A stretch of 64,000 nucleotides of DNA from Stegostoma tigrinum (lineage: Eukaryota): assembly GCF_030684315.1 (NCBI RefSeq), contig NC_081369.1:9710035-9774034 (forward strand), read 5' to 3'. This document shows, piece after piece, positions 63,601 through 64,000 of the stretch (position 1 is its first letter; each line of letters opens with the position of its first letter). The notes under the pieces were generated by a model. The model worked only from the letters and a program-made list of their open reading frames with translations, was not told the origin of the DNA and did not search any database. Both the position numbers and the translations under genes were made by a program.

Positions 63601-64000
63601 ATTACATTCTTCTAAAATCCAATGAGAAGATTCCAACCTGTTCAATGTGCTGTCATTAAAAAAAAACCCTTACATACCAGCATTAAATTGAGTAATGTTT
63701 TTCTCTCTACTTCTTACGTTGTAAGTATACCCTGTGCTGCAACTGCCCAAAACTGAAGTTGACCAGATGGCCACCTGGGGATGTTTTAGCTGACAAAAGA
63801 TGGGCAAAACGGGTTGACAGTTACTTGCAGCAGATGTTCACAGCCAGACTTGTGGCTTCTACTCAAGGTCACGGGATAAGACAATGAAATATCTCAGTAA
63901 GATAAGACAGGGGCAAGTTAGCAGTGAGGTAGTCCTGATAAGGGAGGCACAAATGAGCAGTTTTTTTTAGCAAACTACTGTAAAAGCTCCATTTAGTATA

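Overview
Repeat-rich vertebrate genomic DNA, most likely from a shark (inferred from HE1/V-SINE-like, Deu-like SINE, CR1 and Penelope-like repeat families). No intact protein-coding gene can be demonstrated. Two things stand out. (1) On the minus strand of the left ~35 kb lies a tandem cluster of decayed, non-rearranging antigen-receptor-like Ig-superfamily genes. The best copy (11605-15936) can be reassembled exon by exon as leader / germline-joined VJ-type V domain / C1 domain / uncharged TM / short cytoplasmic exons with an ITIM-like motif. Its C1 exon is split by a retroelement insertion with a 14-bp target-site duplication (TSD). A second, more degraded copy (2671-6766), an orphan C1 exon (34138-34432) and possibly a further V relic (~24.6-24.8 kb) are also present. 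(2) At least three Penelope-like element (PLE; RT + GIY-YIG) families carry minimal hammerhead-ribozyme motifs (CUGAUGA-stem II-GAAAC-GUC). Their short terminal pieces occur as many mini-insertions, tandem dimers and hairpins, several with 12-16 bp TSDs. Also present: CR1 and other LINE fragments, a solo LTR with a 4-bp TSD, a ~240-bp inverted repeat pair 5 kb apart, an old local duplication, and a visible CpG-rich to CpG-poor transition near 35-37 kb. Coordinates were read by eye; repeat boundaries are approximate.
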